A stretch of DNA of 63,336 bases, the filler included, from Octopus bimaculoides (lineage: Eukaryota), in assembly GCF_001194135.2 (NCBI RefSeq). It is 7 parts of 7 records of this genome, joined end to end, with 100 filler letters (N's around TTAATTAATTAA, not from the genome) between each part and the next. Parts side by side here need not be neighbours in the genome. Positions count along the whole stretch, not along the records: positions 1 to 28,823 come from NC_068981.1; positions 28,924 to 52,042 come from NC_068991.1; 5 more parts are not named here. The stretch is one strand, 5' to 3'. Positions 22,969-35,625 of the stretch are shown piece after piece. The notes under the pieces were generated by a model. The model was not told the DNA's origin, made no database searches, and worked only from the letters and a program-made list of their open reading frames with translations. Position 1 is the first letter of the stretch. Every line of letters begins with the position of its first letter. Made by a program: the position numbers and the translations under genes.

Positions 22969-24320
22969 ATATTGAGACTAATGGATATAAACATCTGGTG
23001 GTGGGGGGGGGGTTAGAATACGATAAAATCGAGGAAAGTGAAATGAAAGAAAGCTTTAAGCGAGAATATCTCAGAAGAACCAGGTTAATTATGGGAAGAA
23101 GACTCAACGCAAAAAACAAAATCAGGACAATGAACACATGGGCTGCTTCCTTAATACGATACGGCGCAGGTGTTGTTGGGTGGACAAAAAGAAAACGGAC
23201 AGGAAAACTAGTAAAGTGATGACAATTAACAAGAAACTACACCCAAAAGCGATACTGACAAACTGTATGTGCATAGAGACAGGGGTGGAAGAGGTCTCAG
23301 AGGATGCAAGATCTGTGTTGTCAACGAGAAGAACAGTCTGAGATGGTACATCAAACAGGAGAGTGAATCCTTGCTTGCCGCTGTTAGAATTAACAATATA
23401 ATACCCACTGAAAATGTGATGTACCCACAAACATTTAAAAAGCAAGATGAAGAAGAAAGAGTAAACAACTGGAAAATGAAACCAATGCATGAGTAATACT
23501 TCAGAGAAATCGAAGGAAAAGACAAGATCAACACTTAGAGATGGCTAAGAAAACGTGATCTGAAAGGATGCACTGAGGCATTGATATGCAGCGCTCAGGA
23601 ACAAGCTCTGAGAACTAATTACACCAAGTTCCAAATAGATAAAAGTAGCAAAGCGCCCCTTTGTATGATGTGTGGCTGCAAAAACGAAACAATTTCACAT
23701 ATTGTGAGTGAGTGTAGCAAGGTGGCCCAAAAACACTACAAAAAGAGGCACGAAAACGTGGCTAAATTTGTTCACTGGAGGCTATGTGAAAAGTATGGCC
23801 TGAACAGAGCACGGAAATGGTACGAACATGAACCAGAAGGAGTCACCGAGATCAAGGAACATAAGATACTGTGGGATTTTACAATACAATGTGACTCCCT
23901 AATCGAGGCTCGGAGACCAAATATTCTTGTAATAGATAAAGGGAAAAAAAGATACCAAGATCACAGATATTGCAATACCTAGAGATGCACGCATAAGAGA
24001 CAAAGAACTAGAAAAGATTGGAAAGTACAGACTACTAAAGACGAAATTGCAAGAATGTGGACCATGAGAAGAATATCTGTCATTGCAGTAGTTTTAGGGG
24101 AACTCGGAGCACTAACAACCAAGTTCGACAAATATATCAAAGAAATCGGAATTGACATGAGAGCAGGGCAAGCCTAAAAAATTGCTCTGTTGGGGACAGC
24201 TAGGATTTTGAGATTGGTACTTGGATGTTGAATGCCTCCCGTGATAATTAACAACCAAATATCAAATCGTATAATGTGCGGGAAGAGACTCTGTAAGACA
24301 TCTGACATCACATACTGATA

Positions 24321-24356
<36 letters not shown>

Positions 24357-24357
24357 T
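22966..24357 (+). mobile_element. 5'-truncated, frameshifted R4/Dong-like non-LTR retrotransposon (RT C-terminus, CCHC zinc knuckle, restriction-like endonuclease)
   Basis: Broken frames read EYLRRTRLIM..LNAKNKIRTMNTWAASLIRYGAG, GGRGLRGC, LICSAQEQALRTNY, CMMCGCKNETISHIVSEC, RHENVAKFVHW, KILWDFTIQCD..IEARRPNILVID and ALLGTARILRLVLGC*; ends in a (GAT)n tail. Confidence 0.9.
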
Positions 24358-24532
24358 TAATGATGACAATGAAGAAGCAGAAAATAGATATGGTAGTCTG
24401 TGTGTTATAGGACATACACGTGTTTCAGTAAAATGTTTAAACATTATTTAATCTTGCACTTTACCTCATCGGTGTTCTGCATAAATACAATAACAGATGT
24501 TAAAGCTCCAAATATTTACTTTTACTGTTTTA

Positions 24533-24578
<46 letters not shown>

Positions 24579-24581
<3 letters not shown>

Positions 24582-24990
24582 ACCTACCCCATATAGGTGT
24601 CTCAGGCTTTCGGGTGGGTATTGAAGAACTGTGGGCTCTCGAATCCCGAGTGGTCGAAGTATCTGGACCTGTATCCTGATGACCAATATTGGGATTTTTG
24701 GCAATAGGCAGTGGCGCCCGATTCTGCTGTTTGTGCAGCTTTCAATGCCAAAGCTTGGTCCAAGTTCTTCGAGGCTTTTCCGGATCTACATCCCTGCGTG
24801 TCTTTCCCGCCACCGTTCTAGGGGATTCAGTTTTAACTTTTTCAGTTTCTTCCAGTAACTGACGCGTCGCATTGAGACGACCTTCTCAGTGTAGCTTCGT
24901 TGTATTGCTTCGAGTCCCGGCATTGATTTTACACTGTGTGGTGTAAGGGTAGCAAAACATAGTTGGCCTGAAGATCCAACAACGCTATGT
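24579..24990 (-). mobile_element. CR1-group LINE ORF2 fragment (same family as 16748-17072)
   Basis: TPHSVKSMPGLEAIQRSYTEKVVSMRRVSYWKKLKKLKLNPLERWRER, then FGIESCTNSRIGRHCLLPKIP and ESLRHLYGVGV; cut off at a (CA)n tract. Confidence 0.8.
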
Positions 24991-27488
24991 AACGTCGGTC
25001 TTGCCATGATGAAAGTTTTTAGAATATAAATTCAAGCAGAAATCAGATTTCTACTTTATTTTTTAACATATACTTTAATGTCTTGTAAGTAGGTTTACGG
25101 AGTTGGTGTATGTACAAAGGACATGCTGTGGCGTTTATACCATTACCTAGAATTTTGATGAAGTGGCCGAAGTCTGAGTGCAAGGAACTTCAGAAAATGT
25201 TACGGCAGCCATAGAGACGAATCTGTTTCAGTACACAGCAGCAGCAGCGGCTGATTATAATCTGTTGAAGTGGGTCAGGGACAGATGTACATCAACGCTG
25301 TTGTTGCGGTGGTGGTGGTGGTCGTCGTCGTCGTCGTCGTGGTGATGGTGGTAGTGGTGGTGGTGGTGGTGGTGGTGATGGTGGTGGNNNNNNNNNNNNN
25401 NNNNNNNNNNNNNNNNNNNNNNNNNNNNNNNNNNNNNNNNNNNNNNNNNNNNNNNNNNNNNNNNNNNNNNNNNNNNNNNNNNNNNNNNNNNNNNNNNNNN
25501 NNNNNNNNNNNNNNNNNNNNNNNNNNNNNNNNNNNNNNNNNNNNNNNNNNNNNNNNNNNNNNNNNNNNNNNNNNNNNNNNNNNNNNNNNNNNNNNNNNNN
25601 NNNNNNNNNNNNNNNNNNNNNNNNNNNNNNNNNNNNNNNNNNNNNNNNNNNNNNNNNNNNNNNNNNNNNNNNNNNNNNNNNNNNNNNNNNNNNNNNNNNN
25701 NNNNNNNNNNNNNNNNNNNNNNNNNNNNNNNNNNNNNNNNNNNNNNNNNNNNNNNNNNNNNNNNNNNNNNNNNNNNNNNNNNNNNNNNNNNNNNNNNNNN
25801 NNNNNNNNNNNNNNNNNNNNNNNNNNNNNNNNNNNNNNNNNNNNNNNNNNNNNNNNNNNNNNNNNNNNNNNNNNNNNNNNNNNNNNNNNNNNNNNNNNNN
25901 NNNNNNNNNNNNNNNNNNNNNNNNNNNNNNNNNNNNNNNNNNNNNNNNNNNNNNNNNNNNNNNNNNNNNNNNNNNNNNNNNNNNNNNNNNNNNNNNNNNN
26001 NNNNNNNNNNNNNNNNNNNNNNNNNNNNNNNNNNNNNNNNNNNNNNNNNNNNNNNGAGAGAGAGAGAGAGAGTCGATTTTAAAGTTAAGGGTTTAGAAAG
26101 TATGCATTAAACGCAGTATCCAAAGCTTGTTTCAGGGTAAGTCGTGTGTCCGCGGAGCACGTTCACCACTTATGGCTACTAGGCGTCATCAGTAACACTT
26201 GGCATTCATCGTTGGATCAACTTCCAGGAATTCTAGGATGCACGTAGGGTATATACATATGTAAGGGACGATCGTGCGAACTCATAAAAGGAGATATGGT
26301 GACGAATGGAAGAAACAGAGGACTCCTTTTATTTAAACGTGTCACACGGTCGAACATACAAATATATATATCAAATGATGATATAGATGATGTTATGCGA
26401 CGATAACATAGATAACCAGTAATGAAAGACCACAACCGTATTAGATGAATAACAGATATATTTATTGTAGCGTTAAAGATGTATGTCTGTGTGAGAGTGT
26501 GAATGCGACATATAATAACATAATCAAAGACAGGCCGTCGTACAAAGAAAAGTATGTATGTGTATGTGTATTATTACAGCAGATAGAAAGAGAGTCAATA
26601 ACACGTGAACAATTATACCAGTTCGTTAGTACACTANNNNNNNNNNNNNNNNNNNNNNNNNNNNNNNNNNNNNNNNNNNNNNNNNNNNNNNNNNNNNNNN
26701 NNNNNNNNNNNNNNNNNNNNNNNNNNNNNNNNNNNNNNNNNNNNNNNNNNNNNNNNNNNNNNNNNNNNNNNNNNNNNNNNNNNNNNNNNNNNNNNNNNNN
26801 NNNNNNNNNNNNNNNNNNNNNNNNNNNNNNNNNNNNNNNNNNNNNNNNNNNNNNNNNNNNNNNNNNNNNNNNNNNNNNNNNNNNNNNNNNNNNNNNNNNN
26901 NNNNNNNNNNNNNNNNNNNNNNNNNNNNNNNNNNNNNNNNNNNNNNNNNNNNNNNNNNNNNNNNNNNNNNNNNNNNNNNNNNNNNNNNNNNNNNNNNNNN
27001 NNNNNNNNNNNNNNNNNNNNNNNNNNNNNNNNNNNNNNNNNNNNNNNNNNNNNNNNNNNNNNNNNNNNNNNNNNNNNNNNNNNNNNNNNNNNNNNNNNNN
27101 NNNNNNNNNNNNNNNNNNNNNNNNNNNNNNNNNNNNNNNNNNNNNNNNNNNNNNNNNNNNNNNNNNNNNNNNNNNNNNNNNNNNNNNNNNNNNNNNNNNN
27201 NNNNNNNNNNNNNNNNNNNNNNNNNNNNNNNNNNNNNNNNNNNNNNNNNNNNNNNNNNNNNNNNNNNNNNNNNNNNNNNNNNNNNNNNNNNNNNNNNNNN
27301 NNNNNNNNNNNNNNNNNNNNNNNNNNNNNNNNNNNNNNNNNNNNNNNNNNNNNNNNNNNNNNNNNNNNNNNNNNNNNNNNNNNNNNNNNNNNNNNNNNNN
27401 NNNNNNNNNNNNNNNNNNNNNNNNNNNNNNNNNNNNNNNNNNNNNNNNNNNNNNNNNNNNNNNNNNNNNNNNNNNNNNNNNNNNNNNG

Positions 27489-28010
27489 GAAACGCTGGGC
27501 GTCGATGAGGATCGACTAACCGGTCTATTTCGGAGAACTTTCGGGACTGGGCCTATGGATAACTTCCAGAAATCTTTTGGCTGACAGTGCTACCGGGGAG
27601 CGCTGCCTGTTCGGGATAAACTTTACAGAAGTGCGCCCAGAACGATGAAACCGTTCTGCACGCCCTAGTCCGGTGCCCGAGTATTGCTGACCTGTGGGTT
27701 TACGTCGAACACCTGCTGTCGCGTGTAGGACGGATCCGGCTATCAGCTGAATCTATTGTGAAGATTGCACCGCCGCCCTCTTTTGGCTGGGAGGGGCAGG
27801 CCATTTTTATTTGTCTAGTGGCTGTAGCGAAAGGGGTAGTATGGTGGACCCATTTGAAAGGGCTAAAGACAGACTCTTTCCTTTTTGGCCAAGTCCTCAT
27901 CAACTTTTCAAGTTTCACTTGAAAAGTAAGTTGAGGGTGGAGAGAGGGAAGTGTTGCCTTGTAGCAAGTTTGTTGAAAGGTGGGTGAATGTTGGAAGAAT
28001 GGTCAGTGTG
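27489..28010 (+). mobile_element. Tx1-like (L1 clade) LINE ORF2 3' region (zf-RVT-like), degenerate
   Basis: Frames read DNFQKS..QCYRGALPVRDKL, C..NDETVLHALVRCPSIADLW, FICLVAVAKGVVWWT, INFFKFHLK, FVERWVNV; typical post-RT zinc-binding region of Tx1/L1 ORF2. Confidence 0.78.
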
Positions 28011-28277
28011 AAAGAACCAATTCTGAGCGTGCACCTGTAAAAAGCAAATCACAGGAGAAGTGCTCTTGTCCTGTTGTTCAAGCATCCGTGGCTTTTGTGG
28101 GTTTTCCCATGAAGACCTAAAAGCACCTCTCCTATTGGAAGTTTTAATTTGTTCAATTTCTATTATTATTCAACTTTACGATGAAAGTAAACAAACAAAG
28201 TTTGTTCTCTTTTAGAAGCGTTGAGATGTATTGTAAGATACAGAAATAAATTTATTTCTCACACGCGTGATAATGCT

Positions 28278-28426
28278 ATAAATAGCGTGATCGGGATAAA
28301 TTATCCAAATAATGCAGAAAAATACGTTGCCGGCCAGCCATGAGACGCGAACTCACATCTCTGTGGCTGGCCGGCAACGTATTTTTCTGCATTATATGGA
28401 TAATTTATCCTGATCACGCTATTTAT
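28278..28426. repeat. Near-perfect inverted repeat / hairpin element
   Basis: About 68-bp arms (ATAAATAGCGTGATCGGGATAAATTATCCAAATAATGCAGAAAAATACGTTGCCGGCCAGCCA and its reverse complement) with a loop of about 12 nt. Confidence 0.85.
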
Positions 28427-28548
28427 CTATTATTATTATATTGTGTACACGTGGAAAACCCATTGTATCGTCCTGTTTTTGTCTTTTATGTTGTTGTATG
28501 TCATTTAATGTTTTTGTATGTGAGCCCTTGTGGCTAATAAAAGAATAA

Positions 28549-28598
<50 letters not shown>

Positions 28599-29373
28599 TA
28601 TTATTACTATTATCATCACTACTACACAATAAAAAGGATGCCATGTGATATGGAATAAATTATAGATGAAGCTGAAGAATATTTCTGCACAATATCTATC
28701 TTCTTCAGGTTTAATATGAAGAACGAAAAATACATAGAAATGCAGAAATTCAAAATTTCAAGTGGATCATTCTTCTGCGTTCCTTTTTAGACAAAAAGAC
28801 ATTTCGCTTCTTCATAACTGATANNNNNNNNNNNNNNNNNNNNNNNNNNNNNNNNNNNNNNNNNNNNTTAATTAATTAANNNNNNNNNNNNNNNNNNNNN
28901 NNNNNNNNNNNNNNNNNNNNNNNTTTGTTTATATTTAAATGAGAAGAATGGCGATAGCAGTTTTGTATCTAATGGCGATAGGTATTAGAGACGATAGGTA
29001 GTTTCACTACACATATATACTTACACATACATATTTATGCATATATGTATATATGTCTACGTATGTATATGTATGTATCTATGTATATATATCTATGTGT
29101 GTATATGTAAATATATGTATGCATATAAATATACATATGTTGAAAAATAAACAGGCAAATTGACATAACACAATGTCTGCAAGTTGATGAGTACCACATA
29201 TTCCCCTCCATTTTCTTATTGCTATATAAATTAAGGGTAAAATTTACTTTTACCCGCACCCATTTATTGCACTCGGTAAAAACACTAGTGTAATAATAAC
29301 TGGGTATCCTTCCGGCAGTATATTGGATAGATATTATCCCTTAGTGGGTTGGATTCACAACCCCTAACTTTCT

Positions 29374-29405
<32 letters not shown>

Positions 29406-29810
29406 NNNNNNNNNNNNNNNNNNNNNNNNNNNNNNNNNNNNNNNNNNNNNNNNNNNNNNNNNNNNNNNNNNNNNNNNNNNNNNNNNNNNNNNNNNNNNNN
29501 NNNNNNNNNNNNNNNNNNNNNNNNNNNNNNNNNNNNNNNNNNNNNNNNNNNNNNNNNNNNNNNNNNNNNNNNNNNNNNNNNNNNNNNNNNNNNNNNNNNN
29601 NNNNNNNNNNNNNNNNNNNNNNNNNNNNNNNNNNNNNNNNNNNNNNNNNNNNNNNNNNNNNNNNGCGCGCGCGGCATATGGTGTTGTTTTGAGTTGACAT
29701 TGCACTGTGCAAATTAAAACTGGCGGTAATTATTGTTTCACATGTGTGACTGCACATATATGTGTATATGTGTTGGGTATGTGTGTACGTGTGTGAGTGT
29801 TGTTTGACTG

Positions 29811-29841
<31 letters not shown>

Positions 29842-31800
29842 TTGTATATGTGCACGCGTTTGTGTGCGTGTGCGCGTGTCAGTGTGTGTGTGTGTTTTGA
29901 CGTGTTTTTAATGAACTTAGTTTCTGTATGTATATCTGTAGCAAACGAGTGGACAACTTCATACACGAACACAAATCACTAATATATACATTCATGCATT
30001 CATACATACACACACACACACATTCATAGATACATACATACATATTTGCACACACACATACATACATCCATACATATCTACATATATACATACATACATA
30101 CACACACACACACAGATACATACATACATACATACATACATACACATACACACACGCATATATATATATGATGGTGTCATACATACGCATATATCATATT
30201 TATATTCTGTCATCAACCCAGCTTACTGACATTCTTTCTAATTATATACACCTACCGTATACATATGTGATGTACATACATTGATAAATTCTTGCACTCA
30301 CACACACACACACATACACATGTATATATAAATGACCATTTTTGAAACGCACCATGTTGATGAACTATCTGCAAAGGATTACCACAATACCGAAATACAA
30401 CGTTGATATTTCTAGAACCAACCATCCTTATACATGGATACACTTAAAGATGATGGAACTTTCCTACCGTTTCCAGATAAAACCAGTGCGTAACTAATGC
30501 ACGAATGGACCCTTGGAATGCAGCTGAGTTCGATCCTACGCACAATGAAAGGACTAACATAGTCCTTCCGACAACATATGCAAGATCCGAATGGAATTAT
30601 ATTATATTTAAAAAAAAAAAAAAGAATATAGCATCTTTTCATTTTCCGCTCATGGTATCGTTTTAAAATTATTATTATTATTATTCTTAGACACTATGTC
30701 GATATAAACAAGCTATGAATTTCGATTCGTGAGTCATTGATTAACCAACGAATTCTCTACCCTGTGTTTATATGTTTTCGCATATAACTTGCAGATCTGT
30801 TGCTAACGATTAATCGACAAAGCTTACAAAATGTGTTTCCTTTGTTGTGCGTTCTTTTCTTGCCCGCAAGGCTGTTGTTTCCACAAATATCGATCCCCAA
30901 ATCAAGTGATTACCTAATCTACCTACAAAGTTATTGATTGTATTTAAACGCAGTTATATATAATTTACGTACTTTTATGCCTGATGTGCAAAACTTTCTG
31001 CATGTAATTTCTTTGTATTACACCCTTTTCTACATATTAGACTTTTTTTTTTCGACAATTCACTATTCATCCAGGATTTCTCAAAACTATTCTTTCTTTG
31101 AATTAGTTTATTTGAACCCCACCCGAAAAGGTTCACAGTTTTGTTAGCATGAAGATTCTCCTTATGTGATTTATATGACGACATATGAAACTTCGAAGAT
31201 ATAACCGTTTTTGTCTTTGGCTAGAATTTCTACCACGTTTGAAGCAGCTGTCATCATTGTGAAAGAAATATCTGCAACTAAAGTATGTGAAAGTCGTAAA
31301 TATTAATGTGATCCTTTTATTCAAGACTGAATCCACTTAGTCTACACCTAAAACAATGTAATTTGATCGGGTTTTACAGATTATTTAATACTCCACAGAG
31401 CACTTTGAAGTATTGAGCTCCTTAAAATGTGACTTGAAACAATAAACGGACTACCTAAAACTGAAAAGAAAAGTCTAGAATTCGAGGAAATTAATGATAG
31501 CCTATATCAGCTAAAAAGAAAAAGAAATACTTCTCAAATCTTCAAAGAGGAGCTCGGCTCGAAATATCAAAATTCGTTTCTCTTTACGACGCATGTATAT
31601 GTCTTCGGTTAAGCAATATACCAAAAGAATTTTTTGAAGTTATGTATGCGCATAAACATATAGTGTTAATTTATACCTAACTTTCACTACTGTAATTTCT
31701 TCGTTCGTATGATGCTCACAAAACATTTTATTGTTTTATTTGAAATATATTTAAAATTTTATAACAATATTTGAAAAGAGTTTCAGTCCTTGATAGCGTT

Positions 31801-32805
31801 ATGGATTTCATTAACGCAACTACAAACCTAACCAACAAAAACTACCAAATGGTCAACTTGTCATATCATAATTTTATATTCTTAACGGTAAATCTGCTAC
31901 TGGCACCATTCATAATTGGAGGAAACTTCGTGGTTATCAGATGCATCGCCACATTTTCTCGTCTACACACCGTCTCCAACATATTTGTGTCCAGTCTGGC
32001 TGTAGCTGATCTTCTTGTCGGACTTCTTGTGATTCCATTCTATTCGATGCATTATTTGGAACTGGAAGGTTTCGCTGAAAGCAAATACACATGTCTTTTT
32101 AAATACGTTTTTATCATAGCCTCTTGCGGATCGTCCATATTCAATCTTTCCGCCATAGCATTTGAGCGTTTCGTAGCAGTTACTTATCCATTTCGTTATG
32201 CCACTTTGATCACGCACAAAACGGCCAAAGTAATGATTGCTCTTTTGTGGATATACGTCTCCGTCCTCAGCTTAACTCCTCTGTTCGGTTTGAATACCTG
32301 GCGACCGGACGTCCACTGCGATTTTTATCAAGTACTTCCAAGAGCCTACATCGTATGGGCTTCTTTTACGACGGTTTCCTTTGGCATAGTGTCCATCACT
32401 TTGTTCTACATCCTAACCTACAGAGAAATACGTAAGATGCCTCCACCGCCAATGATTCAATCGAAAGAAGCTATATCTCAAAAGAAAAACATACGAGCTA
32501 CTTACGTGATGTGCGTGGTGTCGGTGACCTTTCTGGTCTTCTGGTTGCCTTATCTTATCGCTGGACCACTCGTATATATACCATCTCTTAACAAACACAG
32601 CATTGAGCTGATCAAAAACTATGCCCTTTCTTTGGGTATCAGTAACTCTGTTATTAATCCATTTTTATACGGCTGTTTACGGAGAGACTTCGCCGAAGTT
32701 TTCAGGAAGTACTTCTCTCTGCCGTGTCTGAAACGAAAACGCAGAAGCGTGGGTCCAGGTTCAAACGGATCGACTGAAAACAGTTTTCCCTTATCTGAAT
32801 ACTAG
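31801..32805 (+). CDS. Intronless class A (rhodopsin-like) orphan GPCR, 334 aa from the first ATG
   Basis: Seven hydrophobic segments with class A motifs: TM1 GN, TM2 LAVADLLVG, Cys3.25, ERF (DRY variant), TM6 FWLPY, TM7 NSVINPFLY, helix 8 RRDFAEVF and a downstream Cys. N-terminal N-glycosylation sequons NAT, NLT, NLS. The ORF track starts at an upstream TTG (31771); the first ATG is 31801. Confidence 0.96.
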   Translation: MDFINATTNLTNKNYQMVNLSYHNFIFLTVNLLLAPFIIGGNFVVIRCIATFSRLHTVSNIFVSSLAVADLLVGLLVIPFYSMHYLELEGFAESKYTCLFKYVFIIASCGSSIFNLSAIAFERFVAVTYPFRYATLITHKTAKVMIALLWIYVSVLSLTPLFGLNTWRPDVHCDFYQVLPRAYIVWASFTTVSFGIVSITLFYILTYREIRKMPPPPMIQSKEAISQKKNIRATYVMCVVSVTFLVFWLPYLIAGPLVYIPSLNKHSIELIKNYALSLGISNSVINPFLYGCLRRDFAEVFRKYFSLPCLKRKRRSVGPGSNGSTENSFPLSEY

Positions 32806-34169
32806 TTAAATCTACGACAAACTGGATAACAATTCCACGAAAGTTCACAGATATAGCGATATATGTTTTAAAGGCACACGCAGAACACAACTCTGAATTT
32901 ATACACAAAACCACCATGTTTCACAACAATTCAGTAAACATACACCAGGCACGCGACACACTCTATAAAAATTTGAACGGAGAAAAATAACACAACCCGT
33001 CAGTGTATTGTCATACTCTTCCTAAAGAATACTACTATTATAATTATAATTATTATCATTGTTGTTGTTATTCCTATTATTTTTTCTTTTGAATCAGTTA
33101 GACGTATGTTCGATTGCTAGTCGAATTACACGCTAAACTGAGCGGATTTTTTCTTATGCGAACTGTGTTCCAAAAGAGGTAGGGGTTCTTTTGTATTTCA
33201 TTTCTTGTTATTTTTTCCGTTAAAAAAAAAAAGAAAAAAAAAAGAAAAAAAAAAGAGACTAATACGCGAAACAAACTTTTTTGTTATCAGTCATTTAAAA
33301 CATAGTAACTTAAGCAAAGTACTTCCTCAATATTGCAACAGGAAATGCAAGGAAAACAAAACATTTTGTTAAAAATATAACAGACATTTCTAATTTTGAA
33401 AATGCAGAAAAAGAAATGCAATTTTCAGACAGATATTTTAACACAAATTTTCATACGATGACACACACAAGAGCAGTGTTAACAAGAAAGTCTAACAGTG
33501 AAAGCAACTGCTCGTTACTTAGTAATAAAAAATAAAAAAATTTAAATATGAGTCGACTGACGGAAAAGAGAACAGTGTAGAACTTTTATTCAAGAAAAAG
33601 AAAAACTAAATTATCTATGATTCGTAAACGTGAGAGGGGTTTTCATTGCTCGCTAAAGAACATCCGAAAATAATCATGATCGATGTATGGAAAATATGGT
33701 TTGCATCGATGGGGATATGAGTGTGTGTTTGCCTTTCAATGAGGGTCGGTGAATAGAATAAGCAGCTTCCATTGTATTACTATGACTTGAAGCGTGCCTA
33801 TGTCTATCCTCAGAGGTAATAAATCAATGCCTTAAAAGACATAGTCATATAATCACTTCATTTATACCAATTACAAATGAGATAATAGACACATTCCTTA
33901 ATTGTCATAAAGTTTTTTTCTACTTGATTAAACAACTAAGACGGAGTAATTAACTCAATTTTTCTGCTCACTTTTGTATAAAATTATGCTCATTAGTATT
34001 GCTGCGGTGATAATTAGTAGAATATTATAATTTTCGGCGTGGAAAATGATGTTAGGCTTATGCCTGTATAGTTGTACACCAGATCAGTATATCTTTAAAG
34101 TTGTTCACCACGGTTGACTTATACGGCGTTCACCAGGGTCGACTTATACACCATTAATATACCTTTAAT

Positions 34170-34760
34170 ATTCTTTTCTACTATAGGCACAATGCCTGGA
34201 ATTTGGAGGAAGGGGGATAGTCGATTACATTGACCCCAGTACTCAACTGGTACTTAATTCATCGACCCTGAAAAGATGAAAGGCAAAGTCGACCTCAGCG
34301 GAATTAATATACCTTTAATATTGTTCACCACAAAAGGCGGCGAGCTGGCAGAAACGTTAGCACGCCGGGTGAAATGCTTAGCTGTATTTCGTCTGCCGTT
34401 ACGTTCTAAGTTCAAATTCCGCCGAGGTCGACTTTGCCTTTTATCCTTTCGGGGTCGATAAATTAAGTACCAGTTACGCACTGGGGTCTATGTAATCGAC
34501 TTAATCTCTTTGTCTGTCCTTGTTTGTCCCCTCTATGTTTAGTCCCTTGTGGGCAATAAAGAAGTAAGAAACGTTACCACGCCGGGCGAAATAATTAACG
34601 GTATTTCGTCTATCTTTACGTTCTGAGTTCAGATTTCGTCGACTTTTCCTTTTATCCTTTCGGGATCGATAAATTAAGTACCAGTTGCGTACTGGGGTTG
34701 ATATAATCGACTGGTCCCCTCCCCGCAAAATTTCGGGTCTTGTGCCTAGAGTAGAAAAGA
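34170..34760. mobile_element. SINE family A cluster (one - fragment, two + copies)
   Basis: Family A consensus; the - fragment is bracketed by a 20-bp direct repeat ATTAATATACCTTTAATATT. Confidence 0.8.
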
Positions 34761-35139
34761 ATAATGTTCACTACATCACTATACCTTCACGGTTGTTCAC
34801 CACATTTGATTTATATGGTGTTCACCACGATAGAACTATACACTTTCATTATGTCTTTCAACTTCTTCAGCTTGGTTGACTAATGTGCCATCAGTATATC
34901 CGTTTTACTGTTACCTAAGATTAAGATTTTAGATGTTTGAAATCTTATTCGATTTCTCGTGAAATTTTTTTTGGTGCGGATATAATCGATCTGCAACCTT
35001 TGCATCATAATCAACAATGACCTGTTGCAGGCTTTTCTGTGAGCTGGAAAAATTGCGGACCTTAAACATTCACCCTTAAACAGCAGACATCATCAACTGA
35101 GGTTTCAAAAATTTTACATGGATATGGCTACCACCAAAC

Positions 35140-35300
35140 GAAAGGGAATATTTTATGGCACTTTTCGACAATGAGATAGTAAATTTTATTGTGCGAGAAA
35201 CTAAAATCTTTTAATAATTATCTAAAGAGTAAATAAGTATAAAAGTTACCCTAAAGAAAATAAGACTTTAGTGGGATATTTCTTTCTTTTTGGGGCCCGT
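35140..35300 (+). mobile_element. Possible piggyBac transposase remnant
   Basis: EYFMALFDNEIVNFIVRETK followed by a KVT..E...VGYFFLFG-like segment resembles the piggyBac N-terminal motifs F..EIV..IV.ETN and T..E...FLG; short and decayed. Confidence 0.35.
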
Positions 35301-35594
35301 TTGGCTCACACATTCATGCAACCCTTTCCCGCCGTTTACGGGTTAATGACCTTCATCTTCAACTGCTCCCTGTGGTTCAATAGTCTCTTTGCATCGTTTC
35401 TTCTAAGGACGTACTCAGTGGTGTAGATAGGATTTGTGCTGCCCAGAGTGGCTCTTTTTTATGCCGACCCCACAACATGAAAACCACCCACGCCCTGAAT
35501 GTGCAACTTCTTCAGAATGGATCGGTCCTTTCTCCACTTTTAGCTTCGCTAGTGGACGCACAGTGAATCTGTGTTAGGTTTATTGTGTAGTATG

Positions 35595-35625
<31 letters not shown>

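Noticed and set aside
28868-28879. TTAATTAATTAA islands centred in N-runs (also 52087, 53760, 57699, 59710, 61936)
   Set aside because: An identical 12-mer with stops in all six frames between fixed-length N blocks is an assembly spacer, not biology.
30330-30600. Weak resemblance to a Penelope RT segment (DDGTFLPFPD)
   Set aside because: Too short and frame-broken to distinguish from chance.
34170-34760. CRISPR-like or regularly spaced repeats suggested by recurring SINE motifs
   Set aside because: Eukaryotic SINE copies with variable orientation and spacing; no constant repeat-spacer period and no cas genes.
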